Source: Dehalococcoidia bacterium
Lineage (GTDB): Bacteria; Chloroflexota; Dehalococcoidia; Bin125
Assembly (NCBI GenBank): GCA_965218115.1
Contig: OZ244584.1
Location: 2,816,771-2,880,770, forward strand
DNA: 64,000 bases
Reading direction: 5' to 3'
Shown: piece by piece, positions 11,074 through 19,530 of the stretch
How the letters are laid out: the number at the start of each line of letters is the position of its first letter
How positions within the stretch are numbered: the first letter of the stretch is position 1
Notes under the pieces: model-generated
What the model saw: the letters and a program-made list of their open reading frames with translations, nothing else
Told to the model about the DNA's origin: nothing
The model's database searches: none
Translations under genes and position numbers: made by a program

Positions 11074-12311
11074 CCGCGGCCGTGCTCGACATCGCGGCGA
11101 TTCGCGCCGACTTCCCGATCCTCTCGCGCCAGGTGCACGGGCGTCCGCTGGTCTATCTGGACAACGCCGCGACCACGCAGAAGCCGCGGCAGGTGATCGA
11201 CTCGCTCGTCGACTACTACTCCAACACCAACGCGAACATTCATCGCGGCCTGCACACGCTCGCCGAGGAGGCGACCGCCGCCTACGAGCTGACGCGCCGG
11301 AAGACCGCCGAATTCATCGGCGCGGCCAGCCCGCGCGAGGTCGTCTTCACGCGCAACACGACCGAATCACTCAACCTGCTCGCCTACACGCTTGGGGCGC
11401 GCCTGCGCCCCGGCGACGAGATCATCCTCTCGGCGCTTGAGCACCACTCCAACCTCGTGCCCTGGCAGCTCGTCACGCAGCGCAGCGGCGCGCGCCTCCG
11501 CTTCATCGAACTCGATGCGGATGGCGAATTCGACCTCGACCAGGCCCGCACGCTGTTCAACCAGCGCACGCGGATCGTCTCGATCGCCCACATGTCGAAC
11601 GTGCTGGGCACGATCGCTCCGGTCGCCGAGCTGTCCGAGATGGCGCACGCGGTCGACGCGACGATGATCATCGACGCCGCGCAGAGCGTCCCCCACCTGC
11701 CGCTCGACGTCGCGTCGCTGGGCGCCGACTTCGCAGCGTTCTCCGCACACAAGATGCTCGGCCCCACCGGGGTCGGCGTGCTCTGGGGCCGCCAGCAGCT
11801 GCTGGCCGACCTCGACCCCTTCCTCGGCGGCGGCGAGATGATCAGCGTCGTCAACCGCGAAGAGTCGAGCTGGGCGGCGCTGCCGCACAAGTTCGAGGCC
11901 GGCACGCCCAACATCGCCGATGTGGTCGCCTTCGGCGCGGCGCTTGACTACCTCTCCGGCCTGGGCATGCAGACGGTGCGTGACCACGACCACGCGCTGA
12001 CCGCCTACGCCATGGATCGCCTCTCGGCGATCGAGGGCCTCGAGATCTACGGTCCACCCGACGCCGAGCGGCGCGGCGCCGTCGTGGCGTTCAACTACGC
12101 TGACATTCACGCGCACGATGTCGCTACCATTCTCGACCGCGGCGGCGTCGCGGTGCGTGCGGGCCACCACTGCGCTCAGCCGCTGATGCGCTCGCTCGCC
12201 GTGCCCGCCACGGCCCGTGCGTCGTTCTACATCTACAACGAGATGTTCGAGATCGACGCGCTGGTTGACGGCCTGCGTGAGGCCGGCGAACGCTTCGGAC
12301 TGTCCGTCTAG
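11070..12311 (+). CDS. sufS: cysteine desulfurase SufS
   Basis: Class V aminotransferase, group II cysteine desulfurase blocks ('YLDNAATTQKP', 'SAHKMLGPTGVGVLWG', 'RAGHHCAQPL'); GTG start at 11070. Confidence 0.9.
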   Translation: MTAAVLDIAAIRADFPILSRQVHGRPLVYLDNAATTQKPRQVIDSLVDYYSNTNANIHRGLHTLAEEATAAYELTRRKTAEFIGAASPREVVFTRNTTESLNLLAYTLGARLRPGDEIILSALEHHSNLVPWQLVTQRSGARLRFIELDADGEFDLDQARTLFNQRTRIVSIAHMSNVLGTIAPVAELSEMAHAVDATMIIDAAQSVPHLPLDVASLGADFAAFSAHKMLGPTGVGVLWGRQQLLADLDPFLGGGEMISVVNREESSWAALPHKFEAGTPNIADVVAFGAALDYLSGLGMQTVRDHDHALTAYAMDRLSAIEGLEIYGPPDAERRGAVVAFNYADIHAHDVATILDRGGVAVRAGHHCAQPLMRSLAVPATARASFYIYNEMFEIDALVDGLREAGERFGLSV

Positions 12312-12337
12312 CGCCAACCCGAGGGAGGCGAGCCACG

Positions 12338-12853
12338 GTGTCCAGCCGAGAATCCAGCAACCCGATCGATCTCGACGACCTCTACCGCGACGTGATCCTC
12401 GATCACTACCGGCAGCCGCGAAATCGTGGCCTGCTGGAGGCGGCCTCGGTCGCCGCCGAGGGCTTCAATCCCTCCTGCGGCGACGAGATTCAGCTCTCGA
12501 TGATGGTCGACGACGAGACAGTCGCTGAGGTCCGCTTCGGCGGCTCCGGCTGCTCGATCAGCCAGAGCAGCGCCTCGATGCTCACCGAAGCCCTGGCCGG
12601 GCGCTCGCTCGACGACGCGCGCGAACTGTCCGGCCACGTGCAGGCGATGCTGACCACCGATGGCTACGACCTCGACGCCGTCGACATCGGCGACCTCGAG
12701 GCGCTCAGCGGCGTCGCGCGCTTTCCGGTGCGGATCAAGTGCGGTCTGCTGGCCTGGAAGGTGCTCGACCAGGCGCTGGCGCAAGCCAACGGCGAAGAGA
12801 TCGACGCCGACACCGATATCCCCACGCGCGTCACGACCAACGGCGTCGGCTAA
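12338..12853 (+). CDS. sufU: SUF system NifU-like scaffold SufU
   Basis: 'NPSCGDEIQL...GSGCSISQSSASML...IKCGLLAW' three conserved Cys of SufU/IscU-like. Confidence 0.9.
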   Translation: MSSRESSNPIDLDDLYRDVILDHYRQPRNRGLLEAASVAAEGFNPSCGDEIQLSMMVDDETVAEVRFGGSGCSISQSSASMLTEALAGRSLDDARELSGHVQAMLTTDGYDLDAVDIGDLEALSGVARFPVRIKCGLLAWKVLDQALAQANGEEIDADTDIPTRVTTNGVG

Positions 12854-12900
12854 CCGCCGCCCAGACCCGCTTAGCCCTGCGTACCAAGGAGACGAATCCC

Positions 12901-13206
12901 ATGGCCAACGAACAGCAAGTCCTCGACGCCTTGAGGACCGTCTTCGACCCCGAGATCGGGATCAACATCGTCGATCTCGGCCTGATCTACGGGGTCGAGA
13001 GCCCCTCGGAGCACGCGGTCAAGATCAACTTCACGCTGACCTCGCCGGCCTGCCCGGTGGGTCCGATGATCATGGCCCAGATCGAACAGGCGGCCTCCAC
13101 GGTCGAGGGCGTTGAAGAGGTCGAGACCGAGATCATCTTCAGCCCGCCCTGGGACCCGCGCGAGATGGCCTCCGACGAAGCCAAGTTCGAGCTGGGCATC
13201 TACTAG
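12901..13206 (+). CDS. DUF59 (SufT/MIP18-like) Fe-S assembly protein
   Basis: 'VFDPEIGINIVDLGLIY...FTLTSPACP' DUF59 signature; strong RBS 'AAGGAG'; last gene of suf operon. Confidence 0.8.
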   Translation: MANEQQVLDALRTVFDPEIGINIVDLGLIYGVESPSEHAVKINFTLTSPACPVGPMIMAQIEQAASTVEGVEEVETEIIFSPPWDPREMASDEAKFELGIY

Positions 13207-13264
13207 CCGCCCGCCTCGCGCAGCCCGCTCCCGCCGCACTCCCCCGCGTCGGGCGCTGCGCGAG

Positions 13265-14545
13265 TCAGTCGCCGATCGTCTCGCGCTCGCGCGGCGTCAG
13301 GTGCTGCACGGCTCTGCGCGCGACCAGCTCAACGGCCGCCGGGGCCACGAGCCGCCGCGATGGGATGCGCGGGTTCGGCAGGAAGTGCGCCAGCGTGAAG
13401 AACGCCATCGATGCGACCAGCGCGCCGATGAAGATCTGGAGCAACAGCTCATAGCCGCCCGTTGAGTCGTAGATGTATCCGCCGATGTAGGGCGCGACGA
13501 CTTGGCCGATCGTCTCGACCATGAACATCGTGCCCATGATCGCCCCGAAGTGAGCCAGCCCGAAGACACGCGGCAGAATCAGCGGCTCCAGTACCGGGCC
13601 GCCGGCTGAACCGACCAACCAGCAGAGGATGAACAAACCGATGCCCAGCCACGAACCACCGGTCAACAGCAGCGCGAGGAAGCCGCCGACCAGGAACACC
13701 GCCAGCACCACGGACGCCGCTTCGACACTCGGAATCCGCTCCGCCAGGTAGCCGAAGGTCGGTCGGCTGATCGCACCGCCCAGGCCGCCGCCCATCATCA
13801 GCCACGAGATCGTGTCGCGCGGGATGCCGTAGGCTTCGTAGACCGGCGTGCCGTTCACCATCCATCCGAACATGCCGAAGAAGAAGCACATGAAGGCCAT
13901 CGCAATGACCCAGAAATTGGGCGTGCGAAGCGCCTGACCAACCGTCAGGCCCGCGAGCGCGCGGTGAGCCTGTGCGCGCGTGGGCGCCCGCTCGCCGTCG
14001 ACCTCCAGGCCCATGTCGCTCGGGCGGTTGCGCACGACGAACATGCCGATCGGGAGGAACACCACCGCCAGCGCGAACGCAGCGAAGATGAACGAGAATC
14101 GCCAGCCGACGTTGTCGATCAGCTGCTGCATCACGAAGAACAGGATCACGCCGAGCGAGAAACCCGTCGCCATGATCCCGACCGCGCGGCCCCGTTTGCG
14201 GTCGAACCAGTTTGAGATCAGCACCTGAAACGGGATGTAGAACATGAAGCTGCGGAAAAAGGCGTTGATCGACTGGTAGAGGTACCACTGCCAGAGCGTC
14301 TCGGTGGTCGCCAGCAGCAGGTAGCTGGCGACGGTTAGCACGGTCCCCGCGACGATCGCGAATCGCACTCCGCGCCGGTCGACGAGCTTGCCGGCGAGTG
14401 GTGAGGCGATTCCGCTGATCGCGAGCGAGATCGAGAATCCGATCTGCAGACCCGAACGAGACCAGCCGAACTCTTCCTCAAGCGGAGTGACGTAGAGGCC
14501 GAGCGCCCAAAACGAGACGCCGGCGGCGACGGCCATGCACACCAC
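13265..14545 (-). CDS. MFS transporter (oxalate/formate antiporter-like)
   Basis: 426 aa, 12 predicted TM helices, MFS loop motifs ('GKLVDRRGVR'). Confidence 0.85.
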   Translation of the reverse strand: MVCMAVAAGVSFWALGLYVTPLEEEFGWSRSGLQIGFSISLAISGIASPLAGKLVDRRGVRFAIVAGTVLTVASYLLLATTETLWQWYLYQSINAFFRSFMFYIPFQVLISNWFDRKRGRAVGIMATGFSLGVILFFVMQQLIDNVGWRFSFIFAAFALAVVFLPIGMFVVRNRPSDMGLEVDGERAPTRAQAHRALAGLTVGQALRTPNFWVIAMAFMCFFFGMFGWMVNGTPVYEAYGIPRDTISWLMMGGGLGGAISRPTFGYLAERIPSVEAASVVLAVFLVGGFLALLLTGGSWLGIGLFILCWLVGSAGGPVLEPLILPRVFGLAHFGAIMGTMFMVETIGQVVAPYIGGYIYDSTGGYELLLQIFIGALVASMAFFTLAHFLPNPRIPSRRLVAPAAVELVARRAVQHLTPRERETIGD

Positions 14546-14792
14546 AGCGGCGATCAGCAGCCACCAGCCGTAGAAGATGCGTCCCCGCCGGGCGGGCGCC
14601 GGATTTGCCGAGAGGGCGATAGCTGCGACCTTCGCGGGCGGCCCGGATCAGCCGCCGGGCTCGATCGTCATGTGATGTCGAACAGAGTCTACGACCGCCC
14701 CTCGACCGTGTCTCACACCTCTGTGCCTGGTGGAACGTATCGGGCAGCCGTGCGGAGCACCCGGCGAGCAAGCAGGCGGCCGGAGCGCCTGG

Positions 14793-16076
14793 CTAGTCGC
14801 CGGTCGCCTCGCCGACCCCACTCTCGTGCGGCAGCAGGTGTTGGGCCGCCCGCCGCGCCACCAGGTCGACCGCTCCGGCCAGCGCCGCCCGCGGCGACGG
14901 GATGCGAGGGTTGGGAATGTAGTGCGCCAGCGTGAACATCAGCATCGCCGCCGCGAGCGCCCCGATCAGCGCCAGCAGGTACAGGTCGTAGCTCTCTGTG
15001 GCGTCGTAGATTGCGCCGCTGGCCACGGGGACGAGGAACTGTCCGATCGTGTCGAGCATGAACATCGTGCCCATGATCGCCCCAAGATGCTTGAGCCCGA
15101 ACACGCGCGGCAGGATCAGCGCCTCCAGAATCGGTCCACCGGCCGATCCGACCATCCAGCACGCCATGAACAGGCCGACCCCGAGCCACGAGCCGCCTGT
15201 GATCAGCAAGACCGCCATCCCCAGCGCCAGCACCCCGGCCAACACCACAGCGCCCAGCTCGATGCTCGGCAACCGCTCCGCGAGATAGCCGAAGGTTGGC
15301 CGGCTGATCAGCCCGCAGGCGCCCTGGCCCAGCACGAGTACCCCAATCGCCTCACGACTGATTCCGAACGATTCGTAGACCGGTACGCCGTTGAGGATCC
15401 AGCCGAACTGGCCGAAGAAGATCGCCACGAACGCGAGCGCGATCACCCAGAAGTTGATCGTTTTGAGCGTCTCCCGAACGGTCAGGCCGGCCTGTACGTC
15501 GGCGCCCGCCGTGTTGGTCAGCGGCGTGGGATCCCCGTCAGGGTGGAGGCCCATCTGGGCGGGGTGGTCGCGCACCACGAAGAGCGCCACCGGCAGAAAG
15601 GTGGCACCCAGGACCACCGCCGCGAAGATGAACGACATCTCCCAGCTCACGTTGTCGATGATCTGCTGCATCACCGGCACCAACACCACCCCGCCGGAGA
15701 ACCCCATCGCGAGGATTCCCACCGCGCGGCCACGCTTGCGCACGAACCAGCGCGACATCAGCACCTGGAACGGGATATAGAACATGAAGCCGCGGAAAAA
15801 CGCGTTGATCGAGAAGTACAGGTACCACTCAACGATCGACGATGTCGTCGCCAGCAGCACAAATGACGCGCAGGTCAGCGCCGTGCCGAAGATGATCGCG
15901 AAGCGGGGACCCTTGCGGTCGATCACCCTGCCGGCCAGCGGCGAGGCCAGTCCCGAGACCAGCAACGACACGGCAATGCCGGTTTGCAGCAACACCCGCG
16001 ACCAGCCGAACTCCTCCTCCAGCGGCGTTACATAGAGGCCGATCGACCAGAACGCGGTGCCGGTGATCGCCACCAT
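14793..16076 (-). CDS. MFS transporter, tandem paralog of 13265..14545
   Basis: 427 aa; roughly 60% identical to upstream MFS ('YVTPLEEEFGWSR', 'FMFYIPFQVL', 'ILPRVFGL'). Confidence 0.85.
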   Translation of the reverse strand: MVAITGTAFWSIGLYVTPLEEEFGWSRVLLQTGIAVSLLVSGLASPLAGRVIDRKGPRFAIIFGTALTCASFVLLATTSSIVEWYLYFSINAFFRGFMFYIPFQVLMSRWFVRKRGRAVGILAMGFSGGVVLVPVMQQIIDNVSWEMSFIFAAVVLGATFLPVALFVVRDHPAQMGLHPDGDPTPLTNTAGADVQAGLTVRETLKTINFWVIALAFVAIFFGQFGWILNGVPVYESFGISREAIGVLVLGQGACGLISRPTFGYLAERLPSIELGAVVLAGVLALGMAVLLITGGSWLGVGLFMACWMVGSAGGPILEALILPRVFGLKHLGAIMGTMFMLDTIGQFLVPVASGAIYDATESYDLYLLALIGALAAAMLMFTLAHYIPNPRIPSPRAALAGAVDLVARRAAQHLLPHESGVGEATGD

Positions 16077-16254
16077 GCAGACGACGGACCCAATCAGGAT
16101 CCACCAGCCGTAGAAGATGCGTCCCCGCTGGGCGGGCTGAGAATCGGTCAGGAGGGAGATGGCCGAGCACCTCGCGGGCGGCTGGCGCGTCGCCGCCGCG
16201 ATGCAGCGTCAATCGTCATCGCCCAAGTCTACGACCGCGGAATGGGCGCGCGAC

Positions 16255-16977
16255 TTAGCCCATCGCCATCTGCGGCACGACGACAGGCGCCGCCGCCTCG
16301 ATCGTCTGGCTTTCCACCGCCACGAAGCCGGTGATCGCATGGTGAGAGCGCAGCTGCAGCCAGGCGCTGCTGCGCTCGCCGCCCGCGTAGCTGATGTTCG
16401 CCCGACGGTCCATCCAGGCCTCGCTCACGACGTGCGTCGCCGGGACCTCCTGCGCAGCCGGACCGTCATCGCCGGGCTGCACGACCAGCAACGGGTCGTA
16501 GCGCACGACCCCGACGGCCGCCGCGTTGGTCAGCACCGAACTGACCGTGACCGTGAATCCCTCTGAGACGTGGATCGTGGAGTTCACGGCGTCGTCGCTG
16601 CGCTCGAATTCGATCTCGCCCAGCGACGGGAGGTAGTTCCAGTGCGACGCGATCGCGTCGCGCGCCGCCTCCGAGTTCACGACTGAAGCGACCACGTACA
16701 AGACCGGCAGCATCCCGGCGCGGCAGCCCAGCGCCAGCACCGCCTCGCGGTATGGGCCGACCGGCGAATCGGCGCGGTCGACCACGGTCAGCTTGGCGTA
16801 GGGCGGCGCGTAGCGGGTCACGATGTCGGGCAGGTGCTGACGCGCCTGCGGCACGCGCACCTCGAAGGTGACTTGCTGCACCACGGCGGCGCTGATCTCC
16901 CAGGGTGGTAGCGGAGCATCGGTCTCACCGCCGACGGCGGCGATCGTGGCGCTATCGAGCAGGCCGGTCTCAGGCAT
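16255..16977 (-). CDS. acetoacetate decarboxylase (ADC)-like family protein
   Basis: 240 aa, composition and length consistent with ADC fold; functional call tentative. Confidence 0.45.
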   Translation of the reverse strand: MPETGLLDSATIAAVGGETDAPLPPWEISAAVVQQVTFEVRVPQARQHLPDIVTRYAPPYAKLTVVDRADSPVGPYREAVLALGCRAGMLPVLYVVASVVNSEAARDAIASHWNYLPSLGEIEFERSDDAVNSTIHVSEGFTVTVSSVLTNAAAVGVVRYDPLLVVQPGDDGPAAQEVPATHVVSEAWMDRRANISYAGGERSSAWLQLRSHHAITGFVAVESQTIEAAAPVVVPQMAMG

Positions 16978-16998
16978 CGATCGTCCCTTTCGTCGGCG

Positions 16999-17859
16999 TC
17001 AGACAGGCGCCGCGTTGCAGAAGCCGAGCCCCCACGCGCCGGCTCCCAGCAGACCGCCCACGGTGGGTCCGAGTTCGGTCACGTGAAGTTCGTCGCAGGG
17101 CAGCTTGGCCTCCGCCTTGGCGCGCAGCCGCTCGGCGGCGTCCGGCGCCTGGGCGTGCGTGACGACCACGATCGAGGCGGCGTCGCCGAGCACGGCGGCG
17201 GCGCGCTCGATCAGCGCGTCCTCCGCGGCCTCGGCGTGGTCCTCGAGGCTGACCGCCTTGATCCGGTCGCGCGCGCGGAACACCGGCACGCCGAAGTCGA
17301 GCTGGCCGATCCCGCTGGCCGATTCAACCGCAGATAGCTCCCCGGCCCGCTCCAGCGTGTCGACGTTGGGCGCGAGCATGAAGATGTCGGCGCTCGGCGT
17401 GACGGCGTCCAGCGCTGCCACCACGTCGTCGCCGCTGGCGCCGCTCGCCGCGACTCGGGCCAGTGCGATCGTGATCGCTGCGTAGCAGGCGGTCGAACGC
17501 GGCGTCTGGTGCACACGCGCCTTGAATTCGTGAAAGTGCTCGACTTGGCGCTGCGCGAACTCCGCCGTCTCGAACGACGGGCTCGACGTGCCAAAGGCCT
17601 GGCAGAGGCAGACGATCCCATCGTCGACGCCGGCGCCGGCTTGCTTGAAGACGGTCTCCCAGTCGGCCTCCGCGACGCCGCTCAGGGTGAGGCGGTCGCC
17701 GGCGGCGACCGCGGCGTAGAAATCGGTCGCGCTCTGCTCGCCCTGACGATGGTGGCTCGCGCCGAGCGAGTAGCCGATCGGAGCGGCGCGTAGCCCGCGC
17801 GCTTCAAGCAGCGACGCCGGCAGATCAGCCGACGAGTCACAGACGATCGCGACTGTCAT
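16999..17859 (-). CDS. DegV-family (fatty-acid-binding) protein
   Basis: N-terminus 'VAIVCDSSADLP' matches DegV 'IA.VTDS.ADLP' pattern; 286 aa. Confidence 0.6.
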   Translation of the reverse strand: MTVAIVCDSSADLPASLLEARGLRAAPIGYSLGASHHRQGEQSATDFYAAVAAGDRLTLSGVAEADWETVFKQAGAGVDDGIVCLCQAFGTSSPSFETAEFAQRQVEHFHEFKARVHQTPRSTACYAAITIALARVAASGASGDDVVAALDAVTPSADIFMLAPNVDTLERAGELSAVESASGIGQLDFGVPVFRARDRIKAVSLEDHAEAAEDALIERAAAVLGDAASIVVVTHAQAPDAAERLRAKAEAKLPCDELHVTELGPTVGGLLGAGAWGLGFCNAAPV

Positions 17860-18020
17860 GGCGTCTCCTCTCCCTCAGAACGGCGCCCAACTGGCTTCGC
17901 GACAACGCATGCCAGCGCGGCGCGGCGAATGCTAGCATCCGCCAACGGCGTATATCGCGAGCGGTCAATCCGGGCAACAGCGACTCCGCGGCAGCTCCGC
18001 CGAGAGCATCGAGGCAATCC

Positions 18021-19175
18021 ATGAAGTTCGGCATCTTCTATGAGCACTCCGTGCAGCGCCCCTGGACGGACATCTCCGAGTGGCGCGCCTACCACCAGGC
18101 GCTGGAGCAGATCTGCCTGGCCGACGAGCTCGGCTTCGACCAGGTCTGGGAGGTCGAGCACCACTTCCTCGAGGAGTACAGCCACTCCTCGGCCCCCGAG
18201 GTCTTCCTCTCCGCGGCCGCCGCGATGACGCAGAACATCCACGTCTGCCAGGGCATCGCACTCTGCCTGCCTGGAGTCAACCACCCCGCCCGGATCGCCG
18301 AGCGCGCCGCGGCGCTGGACATCATCGCCTCCGGGCGGTTCGAGTTCGGTACCGGCCGCGCTGCCACCTGGACCGAGCTGGGCGGCTTCCAGGTCGAGCC
18401 CGACGACACCAAGGACATGTGGGACGAGGTGATCCGCGCCATCCCGCACATGTGGACCAACGAGATCGCGGGCTGGCAGGGCAAGTACTTCTCGATGCCC
18501 GAGCGCGCCGTGCTGCCCAAGCCGGTGCAGCACCCGCACCCGCCGATGTGGGTCGCCGTCTCGAGCCCTGAAACCGCGATCCAGGCCGCCGAGCGCGGCA
18601 TGGGCCTGCTTGGCGTCTCGATCGGCACGCCCGACCAATACGCCCAGCGCATCGCCGACTACCGCCGCGTGATCCAAAACGCCGACCCGGTCGGCAAGTT
18701 CGTGAACAACTGCGTCAACGGCGTCGGCTGGATGTACTGCGGCGAATCGGACGAGGAAGCGACGGCGCTCGGCGGCGCCGGCGCCGCCGCGTTCATGAAC
18801 GCCGCCGCCCACCTGGTCGGGGTCGGCAACATCTACCCCTCGCCGGCCTACAGCTCGCAGGCCAGTGCGATCCAGCTGCGCGACCGTCCCGGCGACGTGA
18901 TCAACCCGCTCCAGCAGGGCACCCCGATCGGCTCGCCGGAGACCGTGATCAGCGCGCTGCGCGAGTGGGAAGAGGTTGGTGTTGACCGCATGGTCTTCCT
19001 GATCAACTTCGACCAGGTCGTGCCGCACGAGAAGATCCTCGCATCGCTGCGCCGCTTCGCCGCCGAGGTGATGCCGGCCTTCGAAGAGCCCGAGCGCCCG
19101 TCTCTGACGACCCTGCCCAACTTCGACGGCGTCGAGGAGATCGGTCTGCTCGCCGCCGCGGGCGGCGGCGCCTAA
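18021..19175 (+). CDS. LLM-class (luciferase-like) flavin/F420-dependent oxidoreductase
   Basis: 'MKFGIFYEH...LADELGFDQVWEVEHHF' LLM TIM-barrel signature; 384 aa. Confidence 0.9.
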   Translation: MKFGIFYEHSVQRPWTDISEWRAYHQALEQICLADELGFDQVWEVEHHFLEEYSHSSAPEVFLSAAAAMTQNIHVCQGIALCLPGVNHPARIAERAAALDIIASGRFEFGTGRAATWTELGGFQVEPDDTKDMWDEVIRAIPHMWTNEIAGWQGKYFSMPERAVLPKPVQHPHPPMWVAVSSPETAIQAAERGMGLLGVSIGTPDQYAQRIADYRRVIQNADPVGKFVNNCVNGVGWMYCGESDEEATALGGAGAAAFMNAAAHLVGVGNIYPSPAYSSQASAIQLRDRPGDVINPLQQGTPIGSPETVISALREWEEVGVDRMVFLINFDQVVPHEKILASLRRFAAEVMPAFEEPERPSLTTLPNFDGVEEIGLLAAAGGGA

Positions 19176-19198
19176 CCCGACATCGCTCCCGACTCGTC

Positions 19199-19313
19199 AG
19201 GGGCAGCCCTCGCGGCTGCCGTTCCCCAGCGGACGAATCGCAGCGTCTGTCTCGCGAACGCGTAAGGGGCAGCCACCACGGCTGCCTCTGCAGGTTCGCA
19301 GACAGATTCTGCG
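19199..19313 (+). terminator. nested GC-rich hairpins, putative terminator or regulatory structure downstream of the LLM gene
   Basis: GGCAGCC-N5-GGCTGCC hairpins at 19202..19220 and 19268..19286; the second is embedded in a roughly 20-bp imperfect inverted repeat (19244..19265 / 19293..19313). Confidence 0.4.
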
Positions 19314-19369
19314 GCGTGTCAAATTGGCTGGGATCGCGACCACACGGAGCCAATGGGGAGACGATCGAG

Positions 19370-19440
19370 ATGACGACGGCCAACTACTGACAGCGCACGC
19401 GACGGCGGCGGGTGAGCCGGCGCGCCCTCCTGCGCCCCCA
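19370..19440 (+). pseudogene. 5' remnant of a family-5 substrate-binding-protein paralog (RBS, ATG, Tat-like 'RRALL'), premature TGA, truncated by repeat array and IS
   Basis: 19325..19440 aligns with 23350..23470 (promoter/leader plus first ~25 codons of the 23396 gene); TGG to TGA at codon 7. Confidence 0.5.
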
Positions 19441-19530
19441 CCGTCGTCCCTACACCTCCCTCCATCACCCCCGCGCCCCCTCCGTCATCCCTGCACCCCC
19501 CCTCTATCACCCCTGCACCCCCCCCCATCA
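19440..19530. repeat. left remnant of the tandem repeat array, separated from the rest by the IS insertion
   Basis: 'ccatcacccc(c/t)gc(a/g)cccc...ctccgtcatccctgc' motifs matching units on the right side of the IS. Confidence 0.6.
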
